The position numbers and the translations under genes are program-made. The notes under the pieces were generated by a model, which had not been told where the DNA came from, ran no database searches, and worked only from the letters and a program-made list of their open reading frames with translations. Shown here in pieces: positions 26,853-32,000 of a stretch of DNA of 32,000 bases. This DNA is from Candidatus Harpocratesius repetitus (GTDB taxonomy: Archaea; Asgardarchaeota; Lokiarchaeia; Sigyniarchaeales; Promethearchaeaceae), in contig JAIZWK010000001.1 in NCBI GenBank assembly GCA_021498095.1, positions 390,001 through 422,000 on the forward strand, read 5' to 3'. Position 1 is the first letter of the stretch; each line of letters begins with the position of its first letter.

Positions 26853-28412
26853 ATGGCTGAGAATCCCAAGGAATTGCATAAATTTCAAGAAAACGAAAGT
26901 GAAGATGTTGAAGATATTTCAGAAGAAATAGAAATAATTACAACTCAATATTCACCCAAACTATTAAAGAAAACTTTTGAGGTTTTACAATCTTTTAAAC
27001 TATGTCACGAATGTTTAGGGCGCCAATTTTCTTATCTCGCTACAGCAACGGATAATAACACTAGAGCACAAGCAATTCTCTTAACATTGACCATGGAAGC
27101 ACATGCAGCACTAAAATCAGAATCAATAGAACATCAAACATTATTATTTGGGAAAAGACCAATTGAACTACTTGAATTAATTGCTGTCCAAAGTCATTTT
27201 TTCCCAGCTTACAAAGTTTTAGCGGATTACTTTTCCAAATATAATGATCAAGAGAAATTGAAAATATTAAAAGAAAAATGGAGTAATCATGTATGTGATT
27301 TTTGCCAGAATTTATTAACACAAGAAAAAATTGAAAAAATCTGTAAAGAAATCGAACAAGAAGTGTTTGATTATGATTTTGATAATTTTCTAATTGGCAC
27401 ATATCTAAATCCTCTAATAACCAATAAGGAAGAAGATATACGGGCTCGATTTCATTTTATTAGCGGTGAATCCTTTAAAGCTAATCTTAATCGGCTAGTT
27501 GGAAAAAAAATGCAGGAGATTTTTCATAAACCAACACAATATAATCGTCCTGATCTTCAAATTATGATTGATCTGAGAGAATCCTTAGATCCAACATATG
27601 AATTACAGCCAAAACCTCTGTATTTAGAAAGTAAGTATAAGAAATTTGTTAGAAATCTTCCACAAACACATTGGCACTGCCCTGATTGTCGAGGAAGAGG
27701 AATTGACCGTAAAACAAAAGAAATATGCCCAACATGTCACGGTTCAGGAGATATGTATGCATCATCAATTGAAGATTTAATTGCTAGCGTAATTCTTCCT
27801 TATGTACGAGGTGAAAAAGCATTATTACATGGCGCAGGTAGAGAAGATATAGATGCTCGCTGTTTAGGCAAAGGACGTCCTTTTATCATGGAAATAAAAA
27901 AACCTCAAAAAAGAATTCTTCCTTTGGATGAAATTCAAAAAAAAATTAATAATCAATTCTCTTCTCAGATTTATGTGGAACCTTTTACAATCTCATCGAA
28001 AAAACAAATTATTGAATACAAATCTGATTCAGAATTTTCTCAAAAGGCTTATCACGCATTGATTTTCTTGGAACAACCCATCGATAAGAAATTATTTGAT
28101 GAAAAAATGAATGAAATTCAAGAAATTATCCTAAATGAACCCATTCATCAACGAACTCCCCTTCGAGTTGTTCATCGAAGAGCAGATAAAACTCGAACCA
28201 AAAAAATATTTGAAATTTCTGGAAAATGGATTGATTCCCGCCATATTTTTCTAAAAATTCGAGCACAAGGGGGAACATATATAAAAGAATTAATCTCAAG
28301 TGATAATGGTAGAACGGTACCTTCAATTGCTCAAGTGTTTAAGATCCCCATGACTTGTGTAGAACTTGATATTGTAAATGTTGATACCAAAAATGATGAA
28401 TCTATTCGATAA
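26853..28412 (+). CDS. pus10: tRNA pseudouridine(54/55) synthase Pus10
   Basis: LCHECLGRQF, GESFKANLNRLVGK, YKKFVRNLPQTHW, GAGREDIDAR (catalytic Asp), QRTPLRVVHRRA and QGGTYIKELIS. ATG 26853 is preferred over TTG 26808. Confidence 0.95.
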   Translation: MAENPKELHKFQENESEDVEDISEEIEIITTQYSPKLLKKTFEVLQSFKLCHECLGRQFSYLATATDNNTRAQAILLTLTMEAHAALKSESIEHQTLLFGKRPIELLELIAVQSHFFPAYKVLADYFSKYNDQEKLKILKEKWSNHVCDFCQNLLTQEKIEKICKEIEQEVFDYDFDNFLIGTYLNPLITNKEEDIRARFHFISGESFKANLNRLVGKKMQEIFHKPTQYNRPDLQIMIDLRESLDPTYELQPKPLYLESKYKKFVRNLPQTHWHCPDCRGRGIDRKTKEICPTCHGSGDMYASSIEDLIASVILPYVRGEKALLHGAGREDIDARCLGKGRPFIMEIKKPQKRILPLDEIQKKINNQFSSQIYVEPFTISSKKQIIEYKSDSEFSQKAYHALIFLEQPIDKKLFDEKMNEIQEIILNEPIHQRTPLRVVHRRADKTRTKKIFEISGKWIDSRHIFLKIRAQGGTYIKELISSDNGRTVPSIAQVFKIPMTCVELDIVNVDTKNDESIR

Positions 28413-28460
28413 AAAAATGGAAATTCCAAATCCGAGTTTTCAAAAAAGTTGAAAATATTT

Positions 28461-29240
28461 ATGAATTCCCTTTCTTTCCTTATCATTTTCATTTCAATTC
28501 TTGGAGGAATATTCTTCATATTAATTGAACATCATCATCATTATTTTCGACTTCATGATTCATTTCTGGCAGGTATTTCTATATCTTACTTTTTTTTAGT
28601 AGTTCTTCCTGAAATATCTAATGGAATTCCCGAATATCCACTTCATTTAAAAAATTTTGAATTTCTTTTGATATTAGTTGGTTTTATTACTGAACATCTT
28701 TCTGAAAAATACATTTTACAAACCGTTGAGAAGAAATCTCAAGATAAAATGAGAAATCTTCTAAAAATGGAGGAGAATTTTGAGATAGTTTCCAATAATA
28801 TCGAAATAACAATATCAAATGAAGCGATTAATAAACATCACGATGAAGATTATATTAAAGAATTAGCATTAACAGCATTAGGATTGAAAAAGCAAGAAAA
28901 TGCACTTATTAAAGAAATTTTAGTTGAAAAGATGCAAGTTTTTTCAGATTTGGATATTGAAATAGAATGGCATGAGATCTCCAAAAAATGGCGCTTTTTC
29001 CTCTCAAGTGCGACACTTATTGGAATACTTTGCTCAATTTTGCTAAATTTATTCTTAATGATCAATTTAGAAACAATTTTTCTAATTTATTCGTTTGTAA
29101 GTGGCTTTATTTTATATAGAATTATCCGCAAGGAATTACCAGAAAAAGAAAAGGGAAAACCACTATTGTTTTTGGCAGGATTTGTTATTTTTGCTCTTTT
29201 TGTGCTTGTATTTAATTATATCGAGCATAAGCTATTGTAA
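28461..29240 (+). CDS. Membrane protein, ZIP-transporter-like hypothetical family, with a large cytoplasmic coiled insert
   Basis: FLAGISISYFFLVVLPE and FVSGFILYRIIRKELPEKEKG motifs resemble ZIP-like TM1-2 and TM7-8. ATG 28461 is preferred. Confidence 0.55.
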   Translation: MNSLSFLIIFISILGGIFFILIEHHHHYFRLHDSFLAGISISYFFLVVLPEISNGIPEYPLHLKNFEFLLILVGFITEHLSEKYILQTVEKKSQDKMRNLLKMEENFEIVSNNIEITISNEAINKHHDEDYIKELALTALGLKKQENALIKEILVEKMQVFSDLDIEIEWHEISKKWRFFLSSATLIGILCSILLNLFLMINLETIFLIYSFVSGFILYRIIRKELPEKEKGKPLLFLAGFVIFALFVLVFNYIEHKLL

Positions 29241-29325
29241 TAGAATAAAATAGTATTTTAAAGTGAATATTTTTTTTATTAATACTTTCATGGGAAATAA
29301 AGGTAAAAAAAAATATTCACCTTCA

Positions 29326-29940
29326 CTACACAATTGGATCTATTTGTAAATCGATTGAATTATTTGTAACTTCAATGTTCTTCATCTTATAGCTTCTAGG
29401 ATCAATATATTTTTTCAAAAGAAATTTAATAAAAATAGAAAAATTGCGTCCTAAATTATGAGTTCCAGAAAAATAGCATGTTAATTCCTTCCACTCAAAA
29501 TGTATCTCAGTAAACCAATTCATACCGTGAGCGGAAAAAACTTGTGAACTTAAATGGTTTAAAAGAAAAGATAGCCAATCTTTTTTAAAATTTATTTGGT
29601 TTTCTTGCTCAGGATCTAATTTGAACTTATCTTTCCAAAATTCTCCAAAAATTAACGCATTTCGATAGGATAATTCAGCTAATTCATCTAATTCAGTCTC
29701 GTTTAAGTTCTCAATGGCAAGTTTAAAAATATTTTGGCTTATAATCATCTTAGGATTCCGCACAGATGATTGTTCTTCAAATAAGTTTAAATAATTATGA
29801 ATTGCGTTACGTGTTAATTGGGATTTTGAAATATTATATTTTTGACTGAATTCTTCAATTTGGTTGATGGTTTCTGAATCGAACCGCACACCTATTATCC
29901 GTTCCTTATTTTTTTTTTCTATATCGTTCAATTTTTTCAA
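29326..29940 (-). CDS. Ribbon-helix-helix (CopG/MetJ-like) DNA-binding protein with C-terminal alpha/beta domain
   Basis: IIGVRFDSETINQIEEFSQKYNISKSQLTRNAIHNYL fits the RHH pattern. Confidence 0.7.
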   Translation of the reverse strand: MKKLNDIEKKNKERIIGVRFDSETINQIEEFSQKYNISKSQLTRNAIHNYLNLFEEQSSVRNPKMIISQNIFKLAIENLNETELDELAELSYRNALIFGEFWKDKFKLDPEQENQINFKKDWLSFLLNHLSSQVFSAHGMNWFTEIHFEWKELTCYFSGTHNLGRNFSIFIKFLLKKYIDPRSYKMKNIEVTNNSIDLQIDPIV

Positions 29941-30127
29941 ATTCCTTTGCTGTGATCCAATTTTTAGTTACCCATTTTTTTCAAAAAATTTAAGTGATTC
30001 GAAATGTTAAGTAATCATTCCTTCAAAGAAATGTACTAAGGGATTAAAAAAAGTATTTCAATTTTAAATATTTTTCTGAATTTCTGCAATACAACATTTA
30101 AAAATCGTGTTAACCAAGAATTCTATC

Positions 30128-30907
30128 ATGGAGTTAAAAAATATTCTTTTTACTTATGAAAATTACATTGCAGTCATTAAATTTAATCGCCCAAATGTGT
30201 TAAACGCAATTAATATTCAAACTATGCATGAATTGGGAGAAGTAATAGAGGCATGTGCAGCAAATCCAGAAATCCGAGTGATTATTATCACAGGGGAAGG
30301 AAAGGCTTTTGCCGCTGGTGCAGATATTTCTGAACTTCAGAAATTTGGTCCAGAAAAAGCAAGAGAACTTTCAAAATATGGAATTGAAGTTTATCGAAAA
30401 ATAGAACTTCTCAATAAGGTAGTTATTGCTGCCGTGAATGGATTTGCTCTTGGTGGAGGTTGTGAACTTGCAATGGCTTGTGATATACGAATAGCAAGCG
30501 AAAAGGCAAAATTTGGTCAACCAGAAATAAAATTGGGAATAATTCCTGGATATGGAGGCACTCAAAGATTAACGCGGTTAATCGGAAGAGGAAGATCGAA
30601 ACTATTAACTTTTACAGGAGATATGATTGATGCAAAAACGGCAGAGCGATATGGTTTGGTGGATGAAGTCGTTGCTCCAGAAAAGTTACTTGAGAAAGCA
30701 AAAGAACTTGCAAAAAAGATTGCCGCTCTTTCCCCAATTTCAATTCGATGTGCAAAGAATGCAATTAATACAGGTATTGAAAGTGGAATTGAAGCCGGTT
30801 TGGCCCTTGAAAATGAACTTTTTGCATATTGCTTCGGTACTGATGATGCAAAAGAAGGAATACAAGCTTTTCTAGAAAAACGAAAGCCAGCTTTCACCGG
30901 AAAATAG
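30128..30907 (+). CDS. Enoyl-CoA hydratase / crotonase
   Basis: KAFAAGADI, NGFALGGGCELAMACD and GQPEIKLGIIPGYGGTQRL, with both catalytic Glu present. ATG 30128 is preferred over GTG 30107. Confidence 0.93.
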   Translation: MELKNILFTYENYIAVIKFNRPNVLNAINIQTMHELGEVIEACAANPEIRVIIITGEGKAFAAGADISELQKFGPEKARELSKYGIEVYRKIELLNKVVIAAVNGFALGGGCELAMACDIRIASEKAKFGQPEIKLGIIPGYGGTQRLTRLIGRGRSKLLTFTGDMIDAKTAERYGLVDEVVAPEKLLEKAKELAKKIAALSPISIRCAKNAINTGIESGIEAGLALENELFAYCFGTDDAKEGIQAFLEKRKPAFTGK

Positions 30908-31013
30908 AATATTTAAACAAAAAAAGAATCATAACTTTTTTTTCGTTACTTTTTAAAAATTTAATTTTAAAATCAGAATTTTTAAGGAATCTGGAAGATT
31001 TATTATCGCATAT

Positions 31014-32000
31014 ATGCCGCAATGTAAATTCTTTCGCGAGTGCAGATCAAATGCAGTGATTCAGATTCCTCATACTAAAATGGCTCTCTGTAAAGATCAT
31101 TTTCTTCGTTATATCGAAAATCGAGTTAAAAAAAATATTGAAGACAACCATTTAATTGATTTTCAAAACCCAAAAGAAAAAGTATTAGTTGCTATTAGTG
31201 GTGGAAAAGATTCGCAAACTCTTTTAACAATTTTACACAAAGCTTTACAAGGTAGGGTTGCTCTTGAAGCACTTTATATTGAAGTCGGAATCACCCCACG
31301 AAATTATTCATACGATTCTGCCATTATTGCACGTAGCTTATGTGAGAAATTAGGTGTTCCTTTTCACATTCTTAACGTGAAAGAACATTTGGGATTTACC
31401 ATTGATGACATTCACCAATTAGGAACTTATATAAAAAAAGGAAAGCGTAATCGTAAAAGGAATAATTATAGAGGAGAATGTTCATACTGCGGTTTGTTAA
31501 AGCGATATTATATTAATTATTTCGCTGTAAAGCATAATTTTACAAAAGTTGCCACAGGACATAATTTGACGGATGAAGCTTCACAATTATTATCCAATTT
31601 TTTTAGTATTGATATAGAATTAATGAGCCGAGCAGGTCCCATTACTTTACGGGATGTTGAAGGTCTTATTCCCCGAATTAAGCCATTGTATTATATTTAT
31701 GAGACAGAACTAATTATGTATGCTTATTTCGCCAAGGTGGAGCATCTTCCTACAGAATGTGAATATGCTACCGATTCTCCTGTCATCAGCGTTAAGAAAT
31801 CTCTCGAAAAAATTGAAAGTTTTCGTAGAGGTTCTATGATGAATATGGTCAGGGATTTTCAGAAAAATCTTAAACCAATTTTAGCAGAAACCATAACAGA
31901 GGATCATCAAATCGTCAAGAAATGCAGCCAATGTGGGATGACGACATATTTAGATATGTGTTCATTTTGTACTACAACAAATAGATTAAAAGAACAGATG
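31014..32000 (+). CDS. ttuA: tRNA 2-thiolation protein TtuA/NcsA/Ctu1 family (3'-truncated by the window; absent from the ORF track)
   Basis: Manual translation from ATG 31014: MPQCKFFREC..LCKDHF..VLVAISGGKDS (PP-loop)..CSYCGLLKR..VATGHNLTDE..RIKPL..TECEYA..KCSQCG..CSFC; open to the window end. Confidence 0.9.
   Translation, partial: MPQCKFFRECRSNAVIQIPHTKMALCKDHFLRYIENRVKKNIEDNHLIDFQNPKEKVLVAISGGKDSQTLLTILHKALQGRVALEALYIEVGITPRNYSYDSAIIARSLCEKLGVPFHILNVKEHLGFTIDDIHQLGTYIKKGKRNRKRNNYRGECSYCGLLKRYYINYFAVKHNFTKVATGHNLTDEASQLLSNFFSIDIELMSRAGPITLRDVEGLIPRIKPLYYIYETELIMYAYFAKVEHLPTECEYATDSPVISVKKSLEKIESFRRGSMMNMVRDFQKNLKPILAETITEDHQIVKKCSQCGMTTYLDMCSFCTTTNRLKEQM

Noticed and set aside
27675-27750. 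DnaJ-like CxxCxGxG pair in Pus10
   Set aside because: This zinc-binding pair is a normal feature of archaeal Pus10.
46-30897. Short overlapping ORFs in the track (46-231, 4484-4741, 5859-6092, 6350-6580, 6845-7060, 7403-7630, 10334-10525, 13859-14149, 16883-17086, 17152-17361, 18684-18917, 22256-22486, 25090-25293, 25537-25725, 26366-26683, 26539-26781, 27061-27402, 28126-28326, 28331-28519, 28850-29065, 30371-30565, 30562-30897, 30627-30875)
   Set aside because: All are antisense or off-frame shadows of well-supported genes and show no recognisable motifs.
1-32000. CRISPR array, tRNA or rRNA genes, selenocysteine readthrough
   Set aside because: No regularly spaced repeats and no GC-rich cloverleaf or rRNA-like segment were seen (TTCGAATC at 8961 lies inside the AT-rich element). 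TGA-terminated ORFs (12037, 16111) do not continue into plausible protein sequence. A tRNAscan-SE/Infernal run was not possible.

Overview
AT-rich (roughly 30% GC by eye, not computed), gene-dense archaeal DNA. Archaeal Pus10 and TtuA/NcsA, bacterial-type UvrC, a HEAT-repeat protein, a stand-alone E2 domain and expanded membrane families suggest Asgard archaea (Lokiarchaeia-like); the taxonomy is inference. Recognisable genes: 3' part of a DUF4011/Hhe-type SF1 helicase-nuclease, Nudix-like protein, tRNA-binding OB domain, E2 acyltransferase domain, acyl-CoA ligase, beta-hydroxyacid dehydrogenase, PadR, YjbQ, M24 peptidase, IscS, UvrC, ThiF/MoeB E1-like enzyme, Pus10, crotonase and the 5' part of TtuA (absent from the ORF track). 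Main observations beyond routine annotation: (1) two inverted 314-bp copies of a TA-flanked MITE-like element with short TIRs (3531-3844, 8677-8990) that bracket a 4.8-kb acyl-metabolism block; (2) an unannotated Cys-rich 55-58 aa ORF and a stem-rich non-coding stretch inside a 1.5-kb intergenic gap; (3) a co-directional three-gene locus (14423-19284) encoding a membrane receptor-like GNAT, a SelO-like kinase-fold protein and a coiled-coil protein with a Tyr/Arg/RGG tail, my best candidate for an undescribed system; (4) a 12x HEAT protein fused to a nitrilase fold lacking its catalytic Cys; (5) a BAR-like coiled-coil protein. No rRNA, tRNA or CRISPR array was seen. All family calls come from motif recognition without database searches.
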